From contig NMRA01000035.1 in assembly GCA_002633005.1 (NCBI GenBank), forward strand, positions 1 to 64,000: a DNA stretch of 64,000 nt. Direction: 5' to 3'. The notes under the pieces are model-generated. The model was not told the origin of the DNA, did not search any database, and worked only from the letters and a program-made list of their open reading frames with translations. Positions within the stretch are counted from its first letter, which is position 1. Every line of letters begins with the position of its first letter. The DNA comes from Phoronis australis (lineage: Eukaryota > Animalia > Phoronida). Positions 1 through 11,400 of this stretch are shown here, in pieces. The position numbers and the translations under genes are program-made.

Positions 1-164
1 ATGGGCTGGAGGCGGGGCTAGTGAGATGAGTAGAGGTGTCGCTTGGGATATGGCTAGTATGTGGGATGGAGGAGTGGCCTGTCACATGGTTGGGGGTGTG
101 GTTTGTGACCTGTGTGCTCTCCTTTGGCTGGCTTGCATCTTGTGACACCGAGGGCACGGTTGGT
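1..164 (-). CDS. LRR gene, third coding exon (S/T/P/H-rich linker, runs off window)
   Basis: Minus-strand acceptor ttgcag|ACC at 165-166; phase 2 matches the previous exon; frame open to the window edge (IPTVPSVSQDASQPKESTQVTNHTPNHVTGHSSIPHTSHIPSDTSTHLTSPASSP). Confidence 0.7.
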
Positions 165-351
165 CTGCAAAGACATGTTAAGTGAGAAAACTCCTTAAAC
201 CGTAATGTATTTCTTTACAAATTACAGTGGATTTGTTGACTTTTTAGGAATTATTGACACTGTATATCTGTGATCTTATTCTAAGTTTATGAAAAATATT
301 CGTACAAGTAGGGAAAGTCGGAAAGTTCAGTTTTAGAAAAGACATACTTAC

Positions 352-521
352 ATAGATGACCGTTTGCTATTGACTTTGTGTGATATGATTGGTTGGAGTA
401 AGTCGCGATTCAGCAAGGCCTCCACCTGGTTGCACAGACCAATCAGAGCATAGTCTGTGCTTGTGGTTATATGAGTATCGGGTACTGACATGTGCACCTG
501 TCCGCTCTCGTCTATCTGACT
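352..521 (-). CDS. LRR gene, second coding exon
   Basis: Acceptor aattttcag|AGT, donor AT|gtaagt; translates SQIDESGQVHMSVPDTHITTSTDYALIGLCNQVEALLNRDLLQPIISHKVNSKRSS; phases fit both flanking exons. Confidence 0.75.
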
Positions 522-780
522 CTGAAAATTCAATATACCGTTTTGCTAAATGTAGTATGTTGCTTAGAATAAGTCAGTTGTGGTGTTGGCTATTTCCAGA
601 GTGGAATAAGTAACAATTACTCTGCATTAAAAAATTCAAAAATGACACTAACCCATGCAGATTTTTGTTCTGTGCAACAATCGAGAGCAGAAAGTACCGT
701 CCGATCATAAATAGAATGGGTCTACAGGAATTCTAGTGACATATTTAGAGAAGAGCATTTGTGAGGTATTTTACCCTTAC

Positions 781-2143
781 TTTGTCGAATACTGCCGTGT
801 CTTTCGTTGATGTCACTGTTGCTGAACTGTCCTCACTAGTGATGGAACGCTTTACTATCGTCTCTGGGGGTGGTGTTGGTGTCATACGAGTTCTCAGTTT
901 TGCCTCGTTGTCTGTGTCACCCCGCTTTGTTTCCCGTTTCTTGACCTGTTTCGGGGAAGTCCTTGTAGGTTTAGCTCCATCCAAGTAATCCATGACTTTC
1001 TGCTTAGGGTATCTCTGGTCACCATCTCGTTTCACTGTCTTCTGTCCACGTGCTTTCGTGTCCAACGGTTTCCTTGTTCGTTCAGGAATGTTTTTTGTTT
1101 TAAACGTCCAGTTGAAGAAACTCTTGCGCTTGTTGACTCCATTTGTCTGCCTGTGAGACATCATATCGCCCGTGTACGCGGCGTGATTGTTCGTCACCTG
1201 AGGACGTGACTCAATCTTGTTTCCCTTGATGCAGAAGTACTCCAGCTTATCCAGTTCGTCTATGACCTGCGGCAGGCTGGACAGCTTGTTGTATGACAAG
1301 TCGAGTGTTCGCAAGTTGCGCAGCAGCACGATGTCCTGCGAGAGGAACCGTATCTGGTTGTTATTAAGTCGTGCCTGCTCCAGATGTACGAGGTTACACA
1401 GGCCCATGGGAAGGTTTTCTAAGTCGTTGTGACTGGCATTGAGCGACTTGAGCCGTCTCATCTTGGCCACGCTGAAATTGCGCAGCTTATTGTGGGCAAT
1501 ATTGAGGTACTCAAGGTTATCAAAGCAGTTTGGAATGGTACCGATCTGGTTGTGCTGTGCATGCAGTGTGCGAAGCTTCGGCATTCTAGTGAGGCGTGGT
1601 GGCAGGAAGGTGAGTTGGTTACTCGACATATTGAGAAATTGCAGACTGCGCATGTCACCAATAGTGTATGGCACCATCTCGAAGTAGTTGTTGGCGAGAT
1701 TCAGCTCTGTCAGCAACTTGAGGTTCTCAAAGTCAGTTGGAACATTGACGAGGTTGTTGCCCCTGATGTTGAGCACCTCCAGATTTTTGATGTTACACAC
1801 TGGTATGGGAACNCGGCAGTGATGTCAGCTTGTTCTTGTGGCCGTCAAAGATCTTGAGACGGTGCAGGTGACCTATGGCATTGGCCACTGCCTTGATCTT
1901 GTTGTTCCCCATTTTTAACACTTCGACTCGTGAGAAGTTGTACACCTCTGCGGGGATTTCATCAAGTGCGCGCCGTGACAAGTCGAGCTCTAGAAAGGTA
2001 CTGGATGGATTGACCTTGACACTAAGGCGAATTTGATGGTCAGATGGGATGGTGGAGTTGCTGTATTCGGCAAAGTCAGCCCACGCTTGCGGGTTCTTCA
2101 GGAACGAAATGTCCCCTGCTTGTGGGTTTACGTCGTCGCTCAT
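781..2143 (-). CDS. Leucine-rich repeat protein, first coding exon (about 12 LRRs, then a basic low-complexity region); interrupted by an assembly N at 1813
   Basis: ORFs 1793-2143 and 745-1800 both show LxxLxLxxNxLxxLP repeats (LEVLNIRGNNLVNVP, LRTLDLSYNKLSSLP). ATG at 2143 in AACATG context, upstream acceptor ttttcag at 2177-2178, donor AAA|gtaagg at 780. The frame change falls at the N. Confidence 0.9.
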
Positions 2144-3130
2144 GTTTGATCCAAACTCACGTCTGCTTCACATTGTCTGAAAATACGTGTGTGATTAGGT
2201 ATGGTGGAAAGGTGAAAAAATATATTGATCGCAACTACGATCTTAAGGGAATATTCATGATTTCTTAATGCGGAGTTTATGTCTGAAGACTGAATGATTT
2301 ATGAGTTTTTCCCTGTGATGGATTTGTGATAAACATAACCTGGATGTGGGCAGTGACAGATTAGCGTGACGCTATACAGCCATTTCTTTTGTGTTTCTTT
2401 TGTTGCTATAGTGATTAGTCACGATGTTGTGATTTGTAGTTAAAACACAGTGATTTTACTTTAAGTGTCTCGGCAATCAATTTTCTATCTTGTCACAATG
2501 TCTAACAAAGTATCTAACGACGGTGACTCGTACTACTTGTTTTCGCTTTGGACAACTTTGACACAGTCAATGTCCATCTCAATGCAATTCCACCCAATGC
2601 ATATTGACTTAACAGTGTCAGATGAATACTCGAGTCTCATTTCACTGACATCTGCACAGTACATACCACCTCATGTATTAAACTAGATTTTCCTTCTGTT
2701 TATATTTGTTGAAAAGTTTGGCGTAATCAAATTTCACTTTTCTGCCATCTGTGCTAAAGAGAGGCTGAAGCGTGAAGCAGTTGAATGTTGATTTGCACAG
2801 GATCTTCGTAAATCGGAAAATGTTTCTATGTGGTGGTACCACATTCAGGTTTACAAAGATTATGCGTGGATTTGGTTTCAATTTCGTTTTCTTTATACTG
2901 TTCCATCAAAAAGTCACTCAAACTATAAGTTTTCCAACATGTAAGTTACATCAATAATAAGGCTGTACACCCGTACAGATGAAAATAATTCCTGTGTCTA
3001 ATAATTTTCATGAAGATGTCATGCCATCGCAAAGCACATTTCTCTGGGGACTTACATAACTTTAGGACAGGCAAGAAAGCTAATAAAAGGTTACTGTTTC
3101 ATCTAGAATACACTTCTAAAGTTCACTTAC

Positions 3131-3250
3131 CTGTACTGTTTCTAATGATCTGATTGTGTTGATGAGAAGACACATCCTCAACAAGTACATAATGATTGAA
3201 AGTTGCATGCTAACCACACTCTTTACAGGCTGTTGTATTATGAATGGCCT
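3131..3250 (-). other. Candidate non-coding 5' UTR exon of the LRR gene
   Basis: Consensus donor ACAG|gtaagtg at 3130 on the minus strand, upstream of the acceptor at 2177; the 5' boundary is a guess. Confidence 0.35.
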
Positions 3251-4385
3251 AGGGAGTGGAATAGTCCATTCTGGGCCCTGATAAGGGGTGTCTTGTTACT
3301 CTTCAGAATCTTTTGAAGTCTTGATTATCATTTCCTGTCAGTGATATCTAATTGAAATTCGAAGAATGTTATAACCTTGACTGCATCAGGATGGTTGACT
3401 TTAATGCCTGTGTAATGTCACGTGTCTGGTAGTCAGTGGATGTCGGTGTTGTCACATTCGAGTCTATGTCAGTTATTGACTGTTTTGTTTATAAATCAAT
3501 GATTAATCATTGAACCATTCAATGTATTGATGGCTTTACAGGCTTTATGATCACTGGCCTGTACTGGACCTGCTTGGGGTCAAACACAGCTGATGCTTTG
3601 TTTGGAAAGAGTTTATTATGCTTACTGTAAATGTGATGTGCCTGCTTTGAAGAGGCTTAAGAGCCCAGTCGTTTCATTCTGATTGAATATTTCTATTGAG
3701 AGATTCTTTGTACATGCACTTGTATAATGCAATATCATATATGCTATGAGATTTAGTGGAAAAGATATCACTGCAAATAAAATGCAGATACAAGTTGTTG
3801 AAACACAACATGTTTTTTATATCAAACCAATGGTTGCGCTATTCTCTGACACCTTTTCAGCATGTGTAATGGCCCCATGTAAATTCTGTATATTTTCAAC
3901 AGATGTTTTTGATGTAATTTAAAACCTTTGTTTCTGTGCTCCTTCATGAAAGTCATCTAGTAAAACTCATACAGGATACCAAAAGTTGGCGTGTTTCTAA
4001 AAGTAAGCCAATTTGCTCCCTTTTATTTGTGCACCAAATTGGCATCCCAAACATTAGAGACGGAGGTATATTTCCAATGAAAACAGTTGTTGCTTCTTGA
4101 AACATAGCTAATAAGAATGTATGTACATGAACAGTAGTTATCTTTTTTATTTTATTTGCTGTCAAATAAAGGGGAAGACGACCGTTTTTCAATGTTACTT
4201 CTACTGGTTATTTTGAGTACATATTTTTCTGTGTTAATTGTCATTTCTCTTTCTTGTATACACCTTCCTTACAACAATACAGGGTGATGCAAAGGCTCAC
4301 AAACCCAATGTGTGACTGACTCTTTATTCAACACTGTCTGTTGTGTAGCTGACATAGGGATGAATGCAGAATCAAGATGTGGGCC

Positions 4386-4642
4386 TTTTGTTGGACTGTT
4401 TAACGTCATTTTGTTGGACTGTTTAACGTCATTTTGTTGGGCTGTTTAACATCATTTTGTTGGACTGTTTAACGTCATTTCGTTGGACTGTTTAACGTCA
4501 TTTCGTTGGACTGTTTAACGTCATTTCGTTGGACTGTTTAACGTCATTTTGTTGGACTGTTTAACTTCATTTTGTTGGACTGTTTAACTTCATTTTGTTG
4601 GACTGTTTAACGTCATTTTGTTGGACTGTTTAACGTCATTTT
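4386..4642. repeat. Minisatellite, 23-bp unit x11
   Basis: Unit TTTTGTTGGACTGTTTAACGTCA, 11 copies with few substitutions. Confidence 0.97.
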
Positions 4643-5317
4643 CTATTGTTGCATGGAGTGTAAGCAGATGAGGGGAACATAAGTTAACACAAATGTCTGT
4701 CCTCGATAACCAAGAATATGAAATTTTAGTTAAAGTAAAATCAAAAACTGGTGCTTTCCCTTTTGATTTGCTCACGTTTGGTTCTTTTGAAGCAAGTTGG
4801 ATGGTTTCTAGGAACGGCTGGAAAGTGAAAAAGTAGATATTAGGTATGAAAAAGTCGTAGGAAATAAAAAATGTAAAACTTTGACCTTTGTTTTGCGAGT
4901 TGTGTCTTGTGTGGATAAAAATAACTTGCGGAATATGAAAACCTAATATGAGTAGAAATGATGACTATAGCAGATGGTCAGTAGTCACTGGTTCAGTTGG
5001 AATATGAGTAGGTCTAAACTGTTACGGGCGAGAACATTTACCTTGAGGGTTGTATTTTTCTTATATTTACCAAAAATTATTGGCATATTTGGGTTTTTTA
5101 TATTTTTCAAATGCTGGTTGTATTGCATCAAATAATGGAAATTTTTCTTCAAAAAATTGACAAAGTAAAATTTCTGCTGTCCTCCGCACAGGGTGCTAAA
5201 TAGTTGAGGAATTGCCATGTTGGAGGATGTCGTGTGTGGAAAGTGGGCACACTCGGCCTAGTTATTGTCTCTGATCCATTGCCAGTGGAAACACTGATTC
5301 TGTTTCACTCTCTACAG

Positions 5318-5437
5318 ATGCCAAGAAACAGGCCCAGGTGGCAGCACTGTGCAAAGAGAAGGATTGCCTGAAGAAAGCCATCAGGACGTACAAGAACTTG
5401 TTTGAGACGACGCAGATGTTGATTGATGAACTAAAAG
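5318..5437 (+). CDS. SMCHD1: SMCHD1 exon (coiled coil)
   Basis: tctctacag|AT GCC AAG AAA CAG...CTA AAA G|gtagtt; [40 protein letters not shown]. Confidence 0.92.
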
Positions 5438-8400
5438 GTAGTTAACTTCAGGCTCTTAAGTAAACAGACAGGCTTTTAGTGCGTTATGGCTATGTATTTC
5501 ACCTCAGTTATGGAAATGTTGAGTGTCAATAGCGATTACATAAAAATACAATACCGTTGGATTTTGTTCACATTCTGATAATTGCTAAATTTGGTTTGTT
5601 CATATTTTAAGCTCTTAACCTGTTTATGGAATAGGTTAATTATTAATTCTGAGTTTCGGTACACCCTGTTTAAGGTTATTATTTTTTAAGTTCAATATGC
5701 TATTTGCATGAATGTCTGTTTGGGTATGGGTATCTTTGTCTAAGTTCCAGACACGTTTTGTGTGAATCAGACAACTGGTTTGTAATCTGCAATTTAGATG
5801 ATGGGTAAGGAAAAAATCTCTAATTTATTAATTCTGTCTCAATAAAGCAATGAGGATCCTGCATAACTGTTTTGGGTGCATCATTGTGGGAACATATCCC
5901 CCCCCTCCCCCCCTCGTTGCTCTTTTCACAATTCTGGGTCATTCCAGACATTTCCTGCAGGTGATTGCTATAACGTGGAGTCGGTTATAGTTGCCTATGG
6001 AACACTTGTAAAAACTCATCATTTTCACAATACAGTCACATTTTCATTTGATAGTCACAATTGTGTAGCGCCAGCTTTAATATTTTCATGAAATTATTGT
6101 GAAACGACGGCTCAGATGTTTTCTTATTGATCTCTACAGTGTCTGTGCATGAAGCCAACACAGAAGTGACCAGGCTTAAGAATGAATTGAAGAAACAGAA
6201 TGTACAGTTGAATCAAATTGGTGATGTAAGTGTTAGACTGAAGTACTGTTACCAACTTGTGATGTGCTGTGTTGTGCTGTGCTGTGCTCTGTTGTGCTGT
6301 ACTGTGCTGTGCTGTGCTGTGCTGTGCTGTGCTGTGCTGTGTCGTGTGTTGAAGCAAATCAGATCTGTGCAGTCAAGTTTACTATTGGTATGCTACTCAT
6401 TGTGTGAGTTGAGTAAATGGCCTGGACAGGTCATTCTGTATCTTTCTCAGTGAAACAAAAATGCTGAGGTGTTTGTTAGTTTGACTAGCACGTAACAAAA
6501 ATGACTTCAGATATTTATACCATCCATGCAGTTGGATTATGCTATTGGTATTGCAACGTTGCAGTGATGGTAATTGATCACCCATGGTTACCGTGTAAAT
6601 GTTTCTCACTTCAGTTCATATTTTTTCCTGTTTTTTCGTTTGCTGTTCTCTTTGTAGAGTAGTCTTCTACAATGTTCGTCCGTTGATGTAGCGTCCTATT
6701 ATGATATTCGATTTCTAATTGCTCATTATTAATGGATTTGCTGTTGCTTTTATCTCAAAATATTTTTTTCAAAAACTTGAATGTGTTGCTGATTGACCTT
6801 GTGCAAGTTACAGTGAAATATTAGCAGAAAAACATTAGGGTATCAAATCGAATGAAATACTAGGACTTTAGTGACTCACATTAGAGATGTTGTGTCAGCA
6901 TAACCCTGATGGTTGATGGTCTGACCACCAGGTGGGGCTGACCACCAGGTGGGGCTGACCACCAGGTGGGGCTGACCACCGGGTGGGGCTGACCATCGGG
7001 CGGGGCTGACCACCAGGTGGGGCTGACCACCAGGTGGGGCTGACCACCAGGTGGGGCTGACCACCAGGCGGGGCTGACCACCAGGAGGGGCTGACCACCA
7101 GGTGGGGCTGACCACCAGGTGGGGCTGACCACCAGGTGGGGCTGACCTCCAGGTGGGGCTTTAAGGTTTCACGTCTTGTGTATGGGACAAGGCTGTCAAA
7201 CTACAGTTTGAGTTAAAAGAACGGTATTCAGTTAGTCCAATAATTTTACCTGTGATTTACTTTTGAATGTACCAATTTCGAAGGAAAATGTTTTGATGTG
7301 ACCTTGCAGACGACTGGTGTTGACAAGCTGGTACAGACACGTGTGAAGGAAAGAGATGGTATATTGAACATGCCCCGTCGTCTGTGTGGTCTGGCACATG
7401 CGCCTAAGGACAGTGATGTTATAGGGAAGGTGAGGCATTGTTTATTCTAGTTATTAAAGTACATCTTAAACACCTGGCAGGTATTTACACAAGTGTTTAA
7501 TGGAGTTATAGTTTGGATTACTATATAGAGTGTTATCAGACTTATTTGTGCCAGGTATTAAATGTAAAATGTGCATAACAGACGAATTGTAACACTTCAA
7601 GATATGGAATAAGTTGGAAACAGTTTTAGTGCACCAACATTTCTCATGGCATGGCGTCTCCTTAAAGAGTTTAGTTCTGCTTGAATGCGATCATCAACAT
7701 CTTCAATTTTTTTCTGTTTAGTTCACGTCCTTTGCACATGAAGTTTGTAGAATAGTGTCCATAAGATATCTATGACGCATAGAATCGTACTCAAAATGTA
7801 ATCAGTTAATTCCTGTCCCTTGTCCATCATTTCTGTGGTCGCGAAAATCGTTAAAGCCACATGGAGAACTCGAGCATAAGTTGCGTTGACAAACTTTATT
7901 CGTTTCTTTCTTATAGTTACTCGGTTCAACTGTAACATACAAAAAACGTTCTATGAGACAATTGAACAATACGTTGGTCGTTTACTAAGTTACAATACTA
8001 ATATTAAACATTGCATATATTCTTATTCGGACAACGTCAAACTACTTGAGGCAACGCTAATTAAAGTTACAGAGTACGCGTTACAATTACGTTGAAGTAC
8101 TGACTATATAATGTAACAAAACTAAGTACAAAATACTTACACCAATTTGCGGCATAGATCACGACTAAACTCAAAACTCAAGATACATGTAAGAACGTTG
8201 AAGCACGAATGAGCTAAGCTGGCGCGCGTTACAGCTATAAACTATGGTGTGCCGAGCAGTTATACATATGCAAAATTCTATTGAAGAATTAGTCACGTGG
8301 AAAATATACGCGGTAGAAGCTGAAGAGCAAACACATAAACCACCAACAGATGGCGAATATAGTCAGACTACAAACACAAGAGTGCGTCGGCACTTACAAT

Positions 8401-11400
8401 TTCCAAAAAAAGTTTGGATAACCATATGTAAGGATCTATTTTCAGACAGACTGATAGACAGACCGACACAAGCAAAATCTTTACTGCCATGTATATCTTA
8501 CTTGAGAGATATAATGACTTGTACACCTTCAAAGGAATCATGACACAAGATTTCAATTTTCCAGATTTGCCACCTGGCATTTGTTGAAGATCATGACATT
8601 GCCCGTGTTCTGTCATGGCATATGTCCGCTGACATGGACTGTGTCGTCACCACTTCCACTAAAAAGGTAACTAACCCTTACTCCTCGCTAGTTTGTCACC
8701 AGGAAAGTACTGGTGATGTCTTGAGATTTTTGTTGTTGTGTTGTTGTTGTGTTGTTGTTGTTGCTCATAGGTGAGACAAAGATGCTGTGAAGCCGCCTTG
8801 TGTCAAAAAGCTTTCAACTTTTGATGTTTCGTCAGTTTGGATACCGATAACCATAATAAAACTGGCTTCCACGAATTCGTTGCTTGTATTATAGTCCCAG
8901 GTTTGGGAAAAACTGACAGTTACTGCGTGCGGCCAGGTTCATCGCATGAAATTATTTGTAGTCGATTACTAAAGGAAGAAGTCCAGAAAAGTTGCTTTGT
9001 AATGGTAAATGGTTCAAGGCAAGAGTTTTATCAGGTGTTTTTGTGGCCTCTTTGAACTTATTTTTTATTGTTTGAATTTCTCATTTTAGAAACATTTTTG
9101 CAATGTGCATTCTCATACGTGAATGCATAGCTATTACCTCTTGCTTCCATCAACTTTTGTCACCATTGATCTTTGAATCGTCACCTCTTTCTTAGTTTTC
9201 ATGCACCATTCTGGAGTAAAGTGTCTCGTTTTCTCTAGTTAGTGTCCATGTTCGCACTGGTTGATTATGTGACTTGTCATTGGTCGACTTGATGGCTGTA
9301 CCATGTCTCATTGGCTGATATCAACACCCAGGCTAATATGTGTCCACTCTGGTTGATTATATGGCTTGTCATTGGTCGACTTAACAGCTACACCATATCT
9401 CATTGACTGATCTCAACACCTAGGCTAAAGACATCTACCAACAGTCTGGTGGCAAGCAGCAGGTCCTTCCCCTGGATTCTGTCTTCAAGAAATCCATCAC
9501 TATTGACGACTGGAACACCAAGTAAGTTGATGGTGTAATGCATATGTAAGTAAGAATTATTAGTCTGATGCATGCCACCTTTTGGTCACTCCGCGTGACC
9601 TAAAGTTAAGTTTGAAAAGATCTCTGCCACGACTGGGATTTGAACCCGAGACTTCCTGCTGACCGTGCGAACGCTCTAGTCTACTGAGCTATCGAAACCA
9701 CCTGTACATAGTGAAACAACTTGTATAAGTACAACGTAAGCCGTTCCGACTAAATTATCTTACAGTTATAAACACTATCAAGTACACGGAGTGTGAATCT
9801 TTATATTCATTCTGTAATATATACATATTATTCACCCAGTCAATATTTTAAAAGTGAGCCTCTTCATGTTTTAAAAACAATGCATCCTGCACTTAATCAC
9901 AGTGCAAAGCGTGATTTTTTTATGTGCCTCGTTATATTTATGTCTCGAATGCGTTGTTTTTTTTTAAACTAAAAAGAGGCTTACTTCTGAAATGGTGACT
10001 TCGCGAATAAGGTGTGTGTACATAAAGACAAAATCTGCTTTGGTTTCGAATGACTCTGCAACAATCAGTTTATGGTGTGTGGGCCCATTTCATGCCAGTT
10101 TTTTACCTGCTGAGTGACAGACTGTATGACCTGTTGTTGTACCGCAGTAGAAGAAAATGTAAAGTAGTGGTATGCGTTGAGATCTTTCATTGAACAAGCT
10201 GGATGGGTTTGAGCAATGGACTAAACATTTATTGTCCTAGCTCGTGTAGAATAAAAGTATGAAGATGAACAGTGATAATTACGGCTGTTGTGATGCATTT
10301 GTGCTCTGGGATATCGATTTAGACTTCCTATTCTCCGTGAATTTTGAAGACCAGAGCTATATGCCAGCTAATGTAGATGTCTTAGTCGCTCGTAGGTAAT
10401 CGTCTTTTGTCGTTCTCTTTGTGAACATCGATACCCTTTCAAATATTTGCTTCAATTAATCGTCCTGTTCTCACCGCTTACTCTTTCACTTACTCCAAAC
10501 CTTTCCAGGCCCCTCCCCCACGTCAGGTACAGATCTATGTGGAAACCAGCGGGAAATCCGGTCTATGCTCGACAGCTTCTCAGTTTTCCCCAGCACCAGG
10601 ATGCATGTCGTACGGGTATGTAGTGCACCGCTACTGCTTCATGTTTGGTATTGTGTGTGACAAATATGGAAAAGTTTCTTTAAATTAGAACACATTATGG
10701 CGGAACAGTAACATTTGTATTTTATCAAAAATTTCAAGAATAGTGTACAAGATTGATTTACTTGATTATTTGAAAACTTCATATAGTACAGCTGTCATCA
10801 ATGAACACACGATGAACTTTTAAACATTTTTGGCAATACGGTCAGAATTTGAAAACTCAAAAAATAACCAATTTTGGCCATTAGTTTTTGTTGAATTTAA
10901 GGAACTTTACCGTATTAGAAATTGTGGTCATGATAGCATTGATGTTTTGCCATATTTTGAGGATGGGAAATCCAACGAGTGCCAAAATATTCATCGTCAT
11001 TGTTTAAGTAATTCTGGTCATAATGAATAGTGAAACGGTGCTACTATGAACCAGCACCTTGGTGTCACTAAGAACCGGCACCTTTCTGAAATGTTTGTTG
11101 ATAGTGAAGTCTATTGTAACCAAATCAGATTGCATACAATACACTTAACTGCAGATTGTGGAACGGACTGTTATAAATATGCTAACGTTATGAATCAGGT
11201 TCATTGTCATACTGTTCTACTGTACTGATAACTTATTGTAAAGTTTTGTATATGGTAACATGTTAATGTTCTGTGGTTATCTTCCAAAGAGATTGATTTA
11301 GGCAAAATATTTGTCATCTTCACAAATTCTCTTTCTACTCACTCCTGCCTGTCTATCCCCCTCTCTCTCTACCTCAACCTCCTTTTCTATCCTTTTTGTG

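Noticed and set aside
1793-1820. Apparent frameshift or pseudogenisation of the LRR gene
   Set aside because: The frame change falls at the N at 1813, between ...TSLP and VPIPVCNIKNL..., which suggests missing sequence in the assembly; both sides are otherwise intact.
6124-6453. Cys-rich and QHSTA-repeat ORFs
   Set aside because: Translations of the (TGTGC)n microsatellite; only 6140-6225 is a real SMCHD1 exon.
6876-7132. Three overlapping [10 protein letters not shown] ORFs
   Set aside because: Artefacts of a stop-free 17-bp tandem repeat.
4386-7158. CRISPR-like arrays (23-bp and 17-bp repeats)
   Set aside because: Head-to-tail repeats without unique spacers, eukaryotic context and no cas genes.
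9625-9700. Functional tRNA gene
   Set aside because: A and B boxes are present but the acceptor stem does not pair; this fits a SINE head better.
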